32,854 nt of DNA from Anaerolineae bacterium (GTDB taxonomy: Bacteria; Chloroflexota; Anaerolineae; B4-G1; SLSP01): positions 9,592 to 42,445 of the forward strand of contig JBNGDU010000112.1 of NCBI GenBank assembly GCA_049975025.1, in the 5' to 3' direction. The notes below the pieces were generated by a model. It did not search any database and was not told the DNA's origin. It saw only the letters and a list, made by a program, of their open reading frames with translations. The position numbers and the translations under genes are program-made. Each line of letters opens with the position of its first letter. The stretch's first letter is position 1. Shown here in pieces: positions 8,034 through 17,102 of the stretch.

Positions 8034-8987
8034 ATGACGTTTCTAATTGTTGTTGGGGCGATCGTGCTCGTATCCGTCTTACTTCTCCTCGTGGGCCTGT
8101 CCGGTCGCCCTTCCGGGGATGCGTTGGTTCAGGAGCGCTTAGGTCGTCGATCACGAAAGAGGGACGAGGAGCAGTCAGATGAGCGTCAAGGCCGGCGGGA
8201 AAGGGGGGTCAGTGCGGCCGTAGACCGTGCGGTGGCCGGACGAAGCTTCGCTCACAACCTGGCCACGCAACTGGCACAGGCTAATCTCAAGTGGACCGTG
8301 GGAGAGTTCCTGGTGCTCACCGTCTTGATAGCTATCTCCCTCGGTTTGGTCTTCTACGTCTTGAGACGTTATGTCTTGATACCCGTCGGGGTTGTCGCGG
8401 GATTCTTCTTGCCTCGAATCTACCTGGGCGTTCGCAAAAATCAGCGTCTCAAGGCCTTCAACGATCAACTCGGCGACGCGCTCAATCTTATGGTGAACTC
8501 CCTGCGTGCCGGTTACAGCACGATGCAGTCAATCGAGGTTATCTCGAACGAGATGCCGGCGCCTATCTCTGAGGAGTTCGGGCGTGTTGTCCTGGAGCTC
8601 CAGTTGGGTGTGCCCTTCGATACTGCTATGGCCAACTTGATACGCCGCATGCCCAGCGCGGATATGGACCTCGTGGTCACCGCGATGAGTGTTCAACGTG
8701 AGGTTGGTGGCAATCTCGCCGAGGTTCTGGATGCGATCAGCTTCACCATTCGTGAACGTGTCCGCATCAAGGGCGAGATCAAGACTCTGACGGCTCAGGG
8801 TACGATCACCGGATACGTGATCACGGCCCTTCCTTTTGGCTTAGCTATTCTACTCTATATGATCAACCCCGGTTTCATGGGCGGCTTGTTCACAGATCCA
8901 TGTGGATGGGTGATGATCGGCGTCGGTCTGGTACTTATCACGGTTGGGTTTATTGTAGTCCGCAAGATCGTGGACATTGAGGTCTGA
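8034..8987 (+). CDS. tadB: Tad pilus inner-membrane platform protein TadB (T2SSF family)
   Basis: QLGDALNLMVNSLRAGYS and VQREVGGNLAEVLD motifs; multiple TM segments. Confidence 0.93.
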   Translation: MTFLIVVGAIVLVSVLLLLVGLSGRPSGDALVQERLGRRSRKRDEEQSDERQGRRERGVSAAVDRAVAGRSFAHNLATQLAQANLKWTVGEFLVLTVLIAISLGLVFYVLRRYVLIPVGVVAGFFLPRIYLGVRKNQRLKAFNDQLGDALNLMVNSLRAGYSTMQSIEVISNEMPAPISEEFGRVVLELQLGVPFDTAMANLIRRMPSADMDLVVTAMSVQREVGGNLAEVLDAISFTIRERVRIKGEIKTLTAQGTITGYVITALPFGLAILLYMINPGFMGGLFTDPCGWVMIGVGLVLITVGFIVVRKIVDIEV

Positions 8988-8999
8988 GGAGGTCACGGC

Positions 9000-9932
9000 A
9001 TGTTACCTGTGCTCATTGTTGCGCTTGTGGCTGTTGCTGCCGTTTTCACCGTTGTAGCTGTAAGGGGACGTGGATCGGCTCAGACCGTGGAGGATCGGCT
9101 CAATGAGTTAGCGGCCTTAGGCCAGTCTGTAACACTTGAGGAACTTGAGCTATCAGAGCCCTTTGCTCAGCGCGTTTTGGTTCCTATGTTCGAGGGATTG
9201 GCACGCACTGCGCAGCGTTTTACCCCGGCGAGTACCATCGAATCAACGCGCCACAAGCTGGAACTTGCGGGCATAGCTCACAAAGTGAAGGCCACACAAT
9301 TTCTGGGCTATCGCGTCGCCGGGGCTCTTGTTCTGGGTGGTATCTCACTTGTCATTGCGGTTGCTGGGGGTAATATCACCTTTGGACGTCGGATTCTTAT
9401 CGTTGTGGTTGCTTTTGTCCTTGGCTACCTGCTTCCCGGTCTCTGGTTGGGTTCCAAGATCAAGAAACGCCAAGATGAAATCACTAAAGCTCTGCCAGAC
9501 GCGTTGGACCTTCTGACGATCTGTGTTGAGGCCGGTCTGGGGTTTGATGCCAGTATGCAGAAGGTCGCTGAAAAGTGGGATAATGAACTCAGCCAAGCCT
9601 TCAGCCGGACGGTGCAGGAAATGCAGCTTGGCAAGCTCCGACGTGAGGCTCTGCGTGATATGGCCGATAGTATCGATGTGCCAGATATGACTACGTTTGC
9701 GGCGGCGATTATCCAGGCGGACCAATTGGGTGTCAGTATGGCCAAGGTGATGCGCATCCAATCTGACACGATGCGACTCAAACGCCGCCAGCGTGCTGAG
9801 GAAAAGGCGCGCCAAGCACCGGTCAAGATGATGTTCCCACTGGTCTTCTTTATCTTTCCCACGATCTTGATCGTGTTGTTAGGCCCGGCCCTTATCACGA
9901 TCAAAGAGGCAGGAGTTTTGGGCGGATTGTAG
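9000..9932 (+). CDS. tadC: Tad pilus inner-membrane platform protein TadC (T2SSF family)
   Basis: LPDALDLLTICVEAGLGFD and RRQRAEEKA..APVKMMFPLVFFIFP motifs. Confidence 0.93.
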   Translation: MLPVLIVALVAVAAVFTVVAVRGRGSAQTVEDRLNELAALGQSVTLEELELSEPFAQRVLVPMFEGLARTAQRFTPASTIESTRHKLELAGIAHKVKATQFLGYRVAGALVLGGISLVIAVAGGNITFGRRILIVVVAFVLGYLLPGLWLGSKIKKRQDEITKALPDALDLLTICVEAGLGFDASMQKVAEKWDNELSQAFSRTVQEMQLGKLRREALRDMADSIDVPDMTTFAAAIIQADQLGVSMAKVMRIQSDTMRLKRRQRAEEKARQAPVKMMFPLVFFIFPTILIVLLGPALITIKEAGVLGGL

Positions 9933-10055
9933 TCTGCTCTTTCCGTGTCCTCTTCGTTGTTGGTTTAGAGGTGTGTATGGCGATGTTGGGGGATTTCCGT
10001 TCTCCCGAATCTGTCTGATCTATGAATGCCGTGACATCCCTTCCGGGAACAGAGC

Positions 10056-10778
10056 GTGAACCCTAAGGTGTGGCGCGGTGTTCACGTGTTTGAGCATCTC
10101 TATGGTGAGTTGCTGAACTTAGTCTTTCCGCCCCGTTGCGTGGTGTGCGGGAAAGTTGAGACCTGGCTTTGTGACTTGTGCGCACGGCAAATCCCGTTGG
10201 TTGATCGTGAAATCTGTCCTCGATGCGGTGATGCTTGGACTGGCCCTGAACTCTGTCCTCGGTGCCGCTCAACTCCCCTGCACGTCGCTCCCGTTCGGTC
10301 GGCTTTCCTTTTCGCTGGGCCTATTCGCAAAGCCATCCATGCGCTCAAATACCGGGGGGCGAGAAGCGTTGTCGCACCCCTGGCTTCGAGAATGGCAGAG
10401 GCCTGGGAGCTTAGCGATATGAGCGGCGCGATCTTGGTGCCGGTTCCACTTCACCCTGAACGAGAAGCGCGTCGAGGTTACAACCAAGCCGGTCTGCTGG
10501 CGAGGGCGCTGTCAGAGCGCATCAGGGTGCCGGCAACGGAGAGCGTGCTTTTCAGGATTCGTCCTACCCTTTCGCAGACTCATCTCGGCCGTGAGGCGCG
10601 ATGGCGGAATGTACAAGATGCCTTTGCGTGCCCAGATGGTTGTGACCTATCCGGCCTTCATGTCACGTTGATCGATGATGTCGCCACGACTGGCGCTACA
10701 CTGAATGCCTGTGCTGTGGCCCTGTTGGCTCAGGGGGCGAGCTCCGTAAGCGCTTTCACTTTAGCACATGCCGTCTAG
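10056..10778 (+). CDS. comF: ComF family protein (double zinc ribbon plus PRTase-like domain)
   Basis: FPPRCVVCG, CDLC, CPRC twice, ALKY, PVPLH..R...RGYNQA, LIDDVATTGATL. Exact start uncertain. Confidence 0.92.
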   Translation: MNPKVWRGVHVFEHLYGELLNLVFPPRCVVCGKVETWLCDLCARQIPLVDREICPRCGDAWTGPELCPRCRSTPLHVAPVRSAFLFAGPIRKAIHALKYRGARSVVAPLASRMAEAWELSDMSGAILVPVPLHPEREARRGYNQAGLLARALSERIRVPATESVLFRIRPTLSQTHLGREARWRNVQDAFACPDGCDLSGLHVTLIDDVATTGATLNACAVALLAQGASSVSAFTLAHAV

Positions 10779-10816
10779 CTTGACCTGAGCTTCAATCCTT
10801 TAAGGAGGAACCACCT

Positions 10817-11374
10817 ATGGAAATGTTACAGATTTACACCCGGGACCTGGAGTTGACGGACCGTCTTCGCGATTATGTGGGGGACAAGGTCTTGAAGCTC
10901 CAGAGGTATCTACCGAATCTCGATAGCATCCGCGTTGATCTCTCCGAGAGCAATGCCAGAGATAGTTCCCGACGGATGGTCGCTCAGATCACCATCTACG
11001 TTCCGAAGGCGATCTTGCGTGCCGAAGAGCGGGCCGGGGATATCTTCACCGCTGTGGATTCGGTGATGGACAAGATGTACCGACGCGTTGAGCGCTACAA
11101 AGGGCGGCGGCGGTCGAGGCGCCGTCAGGCACCGCCGATGCCGACCGTGGCGCCTGACATGTCCGATGTCGAGCTGCTAGAGGAGGAGCTGCCGCCGAGT
11201 ATCGTGCGGGTAAAGGAGTTTGAGGTTAGTTCTGTTCTGGCAGAGGACGCAATCGAACAGATGGAGCTGTTAGGCCATCACTTCTTCATATACATGGATG
11301 CTTCTGACGGCCGGTTGAGTGTCGTCTACAAGCGGGAGGATGGCAACTACGGCGTCTTGAAGCCGATTTACTAG
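10817..11374 (+). CDS. hpf: Ribosome hibernation promoting factor, long form (RaiA/HPF with C-terminal dimerisation domain)
   Basis: LELTDRLRDYVGDK, LRAEE...IFTAVD, C-terminal AIEQMELLGHHFFIY...VYKREDGNYG; TAAGGAGG SD. Confidence 0.95.
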   Translation: MEMLQIYTRDLELTDRLRDYVGDKVLKLQRYLPNLDSIRVDLSESNARDSSRRMVAQITIYVPKAILRAEERAGDIFTAVDSVMDKMYRRVERYKGRRRSRRRQAPPMPTVAPDMSDVELLEEELPPSIVRVKEFEVSSVLAEDAIEQMELLGHHFFIYMDASDGRLSVVYKREDGNYGVLKPIY

Positions 11375-11382
11375 ACACTTGC

Positions 11383-11418
11383 GCAAAGAGAGCGCGCCCT
11401 GGGGTGCGCTCTCTTTGC
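11383..11418. terminator. Strong hairpin, probable bidirectional terminator between convergent hpf and lon
   Basis: GCAAAGAGAGCGC (11383-11395) / GCGCTCTCTTTGC (11406-11418), a perfect 13-bp inverted repeat. Confidence 0.85.
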
Positions 11419-11447
11419 ATGGACAGTCATCGACGCTCTGCGTCTTA

Positions 11448-13883
11448 TCAAGACCCTACTTGCTCGCCTTTGTCGCCTTGGGCGTTCTCGCTATCTGCTT
11501 CCCTCACGAGCGCCACTTCCAACACCTCGCCCATCGTACCAACTAGGACAAGGTCCAGGCTCTTACGCACCTCTTTGGGGATTTCCTGCAAGTCCTTGCG
11601 GTTCCTCTCGGGTAACAGAACTTGCTTCACGCCGGCACGATGCGCGGCCAATAGCTTCTCTTTCAGCCCACCCACGGGTAACACCCGGCCGCGCAATGTG
11701 ACTTCGCCGGTCATCGCAACATCGCGTCGGATTGGATACCCGGTATAGGCCGAGAAGAGGGCGGTGGCGATGGTGATGCCGGCTGAAGGGCCATCCTTGG
11801 GAATGGCTCCCTCCGGTAGGTGAATATGGATACCTGTTTTGTCAAAGAGATCTGCGTCGACATCCCAGAGCTCGGCTTGAGATCGGAGATGGGTTAGAGC
11901 GGCTTGGGCGGATTCCCGCATAACCGTGCCAAGCTGTCCTGTCAAGGTCAGTTCGCCTTTGCCGGGCATCAGTGCTACTTCGACGGGTAGCAAATCACCC
12001 CCGTTGGCTGTCCAAGCAAGCCCCATCGCTACACCTATGGTATCCTCTTTCTCCAGGTGCTCCTCGGAGAACCTGGGAGGGCCGAGATGGCGCTCAACGG
12101 TCTTGTAAGTGATGGTGCGCATGGGACGTTTCCCGTCGGCCAATCGCCGGGTTGCCTTCCGACAGAGCCCCCCGATCTCGCGCTCCAGGTTGCGGACCCC
12201 GGCCTCGTACGTGTACTGACGGATGAGCTTCTGGAGGGTTGAGGTCGGAAATGCAGGTGGCGCCGACGTGAGACCTGTTTTCTGAATCTGCCGGGGTATG
12301 AGGAAGCGCTTGGCGATTTCGATCTTCTCCAACTCCGTGTATCCAGGAAACTCAATCACTTCCATACGGTCCTCTAGGGCCGCCGGCACCGTGCTCAGGA
12401 TATTTGCGGTTGCGATAAAGAGCACGTCGGATAAATCGTAAGGGATCTCCAGATAGTGATCGGAGAAAGCGTGGTTCTGTTCAGGATCCAGCACCTCTAG
12501 CAGCGCTGAAGAGGGGTCACCGCGGAAGTCCAGGCCGATCTTGTCCACTTCGTCGAGCATGAAGACCGGATTCAACGTACCTGCGCGCCGCATGGTCTGG
12601 AGAATTCGACCCGGAAGCGCCCCAATGTAGGTGCGACGGTGCCCTCTGATCTCGGCTTCGTCACGCACACCCCCCAGTGAGATCCGTGCGAACTCCCGTC
12701 CTAATGCTTCAGCAATGGAACGACCGAGCGACGTTTTTCCGGTGCCGGGCGGGCCTACGAAGCAAAGTATGGTGCTCTGCCGCACCTCCGGTGCCATCTT
12801 CTGCACCGCTATGTACTCCAGAATGCGTTCCTTGGCTTTAGGAAGGCCGTAATGCTGTGATTCCAGCACCTTTTCTGCATGGGCGAGATCCAGGTTATCT
12901 TTCGTCTTCCGGCGCCAAGGTAGGTTGATGAGCCAGTCGAGGTACGTACGAATAATGCCTACCTCTGGCGCCATAGCAGGCATCATGGCCAATCGGTTGA
13001 GCTCCTCATCCGCCCGCTCCCTCACGTAGTCAGGCAGGTCCATCTCGGCTAACTGCTCGCGAATCTTCACCACGTCTCGGGTAAAGGCATCGGTCTCGCC
13101 GAGCTCCTGCTGGATAGCGCGCATTTGCTCGCGGAGGAAGTACTCTCGCTGTGTCCTGTCCACTTCTTCCTGGACCGTGGTATGAATCTGATCCTCTAGC
13201 TCCAGGACGTCTAGCTCACGCGCCAGATGGGCACTTATCCTTTGAAGTCGCTCCGCTACATTCAAAGTCTCCAGCAGCTCCTGGCGCGCTTCGGTGTCCA
13301 GGGAGATAATCTGCGCGATGACGTCGGCCAACTGAGGCGGTGCGTCCACATTCATCGCGTAGACGTAAGCTTCCTCCGGCAGCGTCTGATTGAGCTGGAC
13401 TACCTTCTCAAACATGGTGAGCACAGCGCGGGTGAGGGCTTCCATGAGCGCGTTGTCCTCGATCGGTTCGGGAAGACTTTCCACGGTGGCGATCAGGTAA
13501 GGTCGCTCCTGTACGTATTCCAGCACCCGGACTCGACTGACGCCTTGTGCAATAGCGCTCGTCGTTCCATCGGGTAAACGGATGGAGCGAGCGATCACCA
13601 CCTCAGTTCCCACGTTGTAGAGGTCCTGAGCACTGGGGTAGGTCTCCATGTGATCGTCACGTTGAGCGATGACGACCAGAGGCCAGTCCTCTTGTACGGC
13701 AACCGACAAAGCTTGCAGTGAAGGCTCTCGCCCTACGAAGAGCGGGGTGACCATTTGAGGGTAAACGACGAGCTCCCGCAATGGCAGAATGATAGCCTCG
13801 AACGGTCCGTTGTCCTCCGGAACCGCATCAAATCCCTCTCCAAAGAGATCCTCAGGCGTCAGTGGTAGTTTATCCCAGTCCAT
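11448..13883 (-). CDS. lon: ATP-dependent Lon protease (endopeptidase La)
   Basis: LPLRELVVYP N-domain, GPPGTGKTS, MLDEVDK, PKDGPSAG (Ser) and GGLKEK (Lys). Start placed at ATG 13883 (GAGGA SD); ATG 13913 is an alternative. Confidence 0.96.
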   Translation of the reverse strand: MDWDKLPLTPEDLFGEGFDAVPEDNGPFEAIILPLRELVVYPQMVTPLFVGREPSLQALSVAVQEDWPLVVIAQRDDHMETYPSAQDLYNVGTEVVIARSIRLPDGTTSAIAQGVSRVRVLEYVQERPYLIATVESLPEPIEDNALMEALTRAVLTMFEKVVQLNQTLPEEAYVYAMNVDAPPQLADVIAQIISLDTEARQELLETLNVAERLQRISAHLARELDVLELEDQIHTTVQEEVDRTQREYFLREQMRAIQQELGETDAFTRDVVKIREQLAEMDLPDYVRERADEELNRLAMMPAMAPEVGIIRTYLDWLINLPWRRKTKDNLDLAHAEKVLESQHYGLPKAKERILEYIAVQKMAPEVRQSTILCFVGPPGTGKTSLGRSIAEALGREFARISLGGVRDEAEIRGHRRTYIGALPGRILQTMRRAGTLNPVFMLDEVDKIGLDFRGDPSSALLEVLDPEQNHAFSDHYLEIPYDLSDVLFIATANILSTVPAALEDRMEVIEFPGYTELEKIEIAKRFLIPRQIQKTGLTSAPPAFPTSTLQKLIRQYTYEAGVRNLEREIGGLCRKATRRLADGKRPMRTITYKTVERHLGPPRFSEEHLEKEDTIGVAMGLAWTANGGDLLPVEVALMPGKGELTLTGQLGTVMRESAQAALTHLRSQAELWDVDADLFDKTGIHIHLPEGAIPKDGPSAGITIATALFSAYTGYPIRRDVAMTGEVTLRGRVLPVGGLKEKLLAAHRAGVKQVLLPERNRKDLQEIPKEVRKSLDLVLVGTMGEVLEVALVREADSENAQGDKGEQVGS

Positions 13884-13896
13884 AAATCCTCTGATC

Positions 13897-15261
13897 TCAG
13901 GTCCAAGGCTCATCGACCCAATCTCCCATCGGGAGATCGAGCGCTTCATCCTTTGACCACGCTTCGCGTATATCCGCGGCGAGGAATATCGAACCCGTAG
14001 CAATGATGCCCCAGCCGGGTTGCAGTCTCCGGCAAGCCTGCTCCAACGCTCGTTCGGCGCTGACCGCGATCTCGGCGCCCTTTCCCAAGTCTGCACAGAT
14101 ATCGGCTAAGATGTAAGGAGCTGCAGCGCGTGGATGATAGGACCGCGTCACGATGACGTGTTCAGTATGCGGCAGCAGCGCCTTCAGCATCCCTTTGATG
14201 TCTTTGTCATTTGAGGCCCCGTAGATCAGGAGCCAAGAAGTACCAGGAAACCAGGTTTTGAGCGAATCGATAAGGACTTGAGCCGAATACGGATTGTGCG
14301 CACAGTCGATCAGGAGTGGCGGGTTCGAGCTCAAGACCTCCATACGACCGGGCCACTGTGCTTCGCGCAGGGCGATCCTCGTGGCCTCGGGGCTTGCCCA
14401 CGTATGTCCAGTCTTGCCGAGGACTGCGGCGGCAGCGACCGCAACGGTTGCGTTCTCTTGCTGGAAATCGCCGAGAAGTCTCACCTCATAGGTGCCTTCA
14501 AAGGGGGAGGGACCGTTGCGCTTGCTGACGCGAATGACTTGTCCGTCAAGCGATCTTGATATGGGCTCCCAAGTCCATTCCTCACCGACGATGGTCAGCT
14601 CGGCGTCCCGTTCGTGGGTTACATCCCTCAAAACGTCAAGTGCTTCGACCTTCTGAGGTGCTGTGACGACCGGCACGCCCGGCTTGATAATACCGGCCTT
14701 TTCCCAAGCGATCTCAGCCAACGTGTCGCCGAGCAGATAGGTGTGATCGAGACTGAGCGACGTGATGATACTGATCTCGGGGAGGATGACGTTGGTGGCA
14801 TCGAGGCGTCCTCCAAGTCCTACTTCCATCACCGCCAAATCCACTTCTTTGCGTTGGAAGTAAAGAAAAGCGAGGGCTGTGGTGACCTCGAAGGTGGTTA
14901 GCCCTGGGACTGTCTCGACGATGGGCTGTATCTCTTCGACGAGGTTCGCCATCGCGGATCGGCTGATCAACTCCCGGTTGATCTGTATGCGTTCACGGTA
15001 GGTATGCAGATGCGGAGAAACGTAGAGTCCCGTGCGCAGCCCCCCGGCCTTAGCGATCTCCGCCATCATAGTCGAGACGGATCCCTTGCCCTTGGTGCCG
15101 GCAACATGGATCGTTGGGTAGGATGAATGTGGGTTGTCCAGCTTCTCCAGGAAGTCAACCATGCGCTCGAGTTTGAACTCGCGGGGAGAGTATCGCTCGA
15201 TTCGGCGCTTCTCGTAATCGACCAGACCATAGAGGTAACGCAAAACATCATGATATTTCAT
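13897..15261 (-). CDS. folC: Bifunctional folylpolyglutamate synthase/dihydrofolate synthase
   Basis: IHVAGTKGKGS, SPHL....ERI, EVGLGGRLDATNV, EKAGIIK, WPGRME and DCAHN motifs. Confidence 0.96.
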   Translation of the reverse strand: MKYHDVLRYLYGLVDYEKRRIERYSPREFKLERMVDFLEKLDNPHSSYPTIHVAGTKGKGSVSTMMAEIAKAGGLRTGLYVSPHLHTYRERIQINRELISRSAMANLVEEIQPIVETVPGLTTFEVTTALAFLYFQRKEVDLAVMEVGLGGRLDATNVILPEISIITSLSLDHTYLLGDTLAEIAWEKAGIIKPGVPVVTAPQKVEALDVLRDVTHERDAELTIVGEEWTWEPISRSLDGQVIRVSKRNGPSPFEGTYEVRLLGDFQQENATVAVAAAAVLGKTGHTWASPEATRIALREAQWPGRMEVLSSNPPLLIDCAHNPYSAQVLIDSLKTWFPGTSWLLIYGASNDKDIKGMLKALLPHTEHVIVTRSYHPRAAAPYILADICADLGKGAEIAVSAERALEQACRRLQPGWGIIATGSIFLAADIREAWSKDEALDLPMGDWVDEPWT

Positions 15262-15301
15262 GGGCAAAGATCCAAATACTTGTTATCCGTAGGTAAGGGG
15301 C

Positions 15302-15329
15302 ATTCTACCCGGTTTCGATGCGTTGACAA
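15302..15329 (-). promoter_or_regulatory. Putative promoter for folC-lon
   Basis: Minus strand TTGTCA, 16-nt spacer, TAGAAT. Confidence 0.45.
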
Positions 15330-15395
15330 GAATCAGGGAAGGTATCTGAGCGGCGTAGGACCAACCTGCTCAAGACAAACAGAAAATCACACTGT

Positions 15396-15424
15396 TTCAC
15401 CTTTTCTACATTGTGTGCTAAAGT
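15396..15424 (+). promoter_or_regulatory. Putative extended -10 promoter for the SPFH operon
   Basis: TTCACC, 17-nt spacer, TAAAGT with upstream TG. GAGGAGGA SD before ATG 15456. Confidence 0.45.
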
Positions 15425-15455
15425 GGGCGTCACACCGGTCGTGAGGAGGAGATAG

Positions 15456-17102
15456 ATGACCGTCGTGCGCGTGGGGCTCCTGGTAATCTATGCTGTGAGC
15501 TCTTACGTTCTGAGTCGATACTTAAGGGATCATCTCCCGTCTTCCAGTCACACTTTTGTCCCCGCTTGGATGCGCTCGTGGAGAGCGCTTGTCTGGGTCT
15601 GGGGACCTACACTGTGGTTCTTTCCGGGAATTCTCTGGATCGGGGTCTTAGAGCTTCCGGCTCTGCAGATTCTACTGCTCAGCGTTTGCCTGCCTTTGAC
15701 CTGTTACGTCGTCTTTATGCTTGCCGGCGGATTGTTCCCGCTCTCTTCCTCTGCCTCCGCTTCGGATAAACAGACCTCGATCGTCACCGTAGTTGTCGTT
15801 GCACTCGTCACCGGATACTCGCTATTGAACGCCCTTTTGACCCCCGAGCTCTCCTTGATAAGATTCGCGGTGTTTGTCGCGACGGTGCTCTCGCCGCCTA
15901 TGCTCTCAATTGCCTCGCTCTTACAGTGGATTTCGGAGGTCGTGCCGGTTGGGCGCCACCAAGAGAGGCCGGTACGTCGGGCCCTTATGATGCTTTTTGG
16001 CTTCTTCTCGACTTTCCCTAAGACGACGTGGGTGGTAGAGGATGGCACCGTGCACACTCGGGTCGAGGGAAATCAGTTCGCTGGCGCAGGACCGGGATGG
16101 TTGATGACGGAACCTGAGAATACAGTTATTCTCAAGGCCGGACCGAAGGTGACGCGGGTTGCCGGGCCCGGCGTTGCTTTGACAAAGCGTGCGGAGTCGC
16201 CCTTCAAGATCATAGATCTCAGGAATCAGATGCGCACCACTCAGATCAACGCGATCACCCGGGACGGGATTGAGGTTAGCGTATCTGTCTCCTCCCTATT
16301 CCGGGTCAATCGAGGCTATGGGGAGATCATCCTGGACGAGTCATGGCCTTACAGGCATCAGCGTGACATCTTCGGCGTGGCGTTCTCGGAGGAAGTGGAC
16401 CCTACCGGCAAGAGTCCGTTGGAAGCCAATACGGCGTATCCGTGGGGGGATTTGCCGCTACAGATCGCGGCGCACAGGATGGAACAGGCTATCTCTTTCT
16501 ACAGCCTCGATCAGCTGTACAGTGGCATTACGGATCCTATTGGCGCACTCGACGAGGGCGATCCTCAGTTCCAATTGCTGAAGATCCACCGCCAGGTGGA
16601 GAAAGCACTTGGCTTGCCCAGGGCCGAGGGACTTGGCGACCCCCTCACCCGAACAACCATTGGTAAACTGGTCGAACGGGCTGTACGTCAAGCGCTGGAG
16701 CCGCGGGGATTTGAGATTCTCAGCGGCGGCATTGGTGATAAGATCACGCCGCTCAATCAGGACGTGACAGCCAAGCGAGTTGAGGCCTGGAAGTCTCGCT
16801 TTATCCTCAAGGTGATGGACTGGCAAGCCAAGATGCAACGGAGACGCTTTGCCAAGCTGGAGGACCTACGCCAGAGCGCAAGAGATACGATGCTGGATTC
16901 GATGATCAAGGAGATCCAGAAGTACGTCGGAGCCGCTGACGAAGGAGCCTGGCGGGACTATGTGGCTTATCATCTCCTTGATGATTTGATTCGTATGGCG
17001 CGGAATCCGGATGTTCAGGAGATGTTGCCTGAATCGGCTTTGCCGACGCTGGAAGGTATCTATGCACAGGTGCGCGGCGAAGAGGAGTTTCAAGATCGAT
17101 GA
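15456..17102 (+). CDS. Multi-TM membrane protein with SPFH/Band-7-like domain and C-terminal helical region
   Basis: About 5 hydrophobic segments, then RVAGPG...KIIDLRNQ...AITRDGIEVSV..LFRV (SPFH-type pattern). Confidence 0.75.
   Translation: MTVVRVGLLVIYAVSSYVLSRYLRDHLPSSSHTFVPAWMRSWRALVWVWGPTLWFFPGILWIGVLELPALQILLLSVCLPLTCYVVFMLAGGLFPLSSSASASDKQTSIVTVVVVALVTGYSLLNALLTPELSLIRFAVFVATVLSPPMLSIASLLQWISEVVPVGRHQERPVRRALMMLFGFFSTFPKTTWVVEDGTVHTRVEGNQFAGAGPGWLMTEPENTVILKAGPKVTRVAGPGVALTKRAESPFKIIDLRNQMRTTQINAITRDGIEVSVSVSSLFRVNRGYGEIILDESWPYRHQRDIFGVAFSEEVDPTGKSPLEANTAYPWGDLPLQIAAHRMEQAISFYSLDQLYSGITDPIGALDEGDPQFQLLKIHRQVEKALGLPRAEGLGDPLTRTTIGKLVERAVRQALEPRGFEILSGGIGDKITPLNQDVTAKRVEAWKSRFILKVMDWQAKMQRRRFAKLEDLRQSARDTMLDSMIKEIQKYVGAADEGAWRDYVAYHLLDDLIRMARNPDVQEMLPESALPTLEGIYAQVRGEEEFQDR

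Noticed and set aside
9933-10816. Possible raiA-motif RNA near comF/hpf
   Set aside because: The intergenic gaps are short (123 and 38 nt) and I recognised no raiA-motif sequence.
13884-14096. 71-aa N-terminal extension of Lon in the ORF track
   Set aside because: It overlaps folC by about 200 nt and does not resemble Lon; SD-supported ATGs exist at 13883 and 13913.
15323-15350. Perfect TTGACA on the plus strand upstream of the SPFH operon
   Set aside because: No -10 at 16-18 nt spacing; better explained as part of the minus-strand folC -35.
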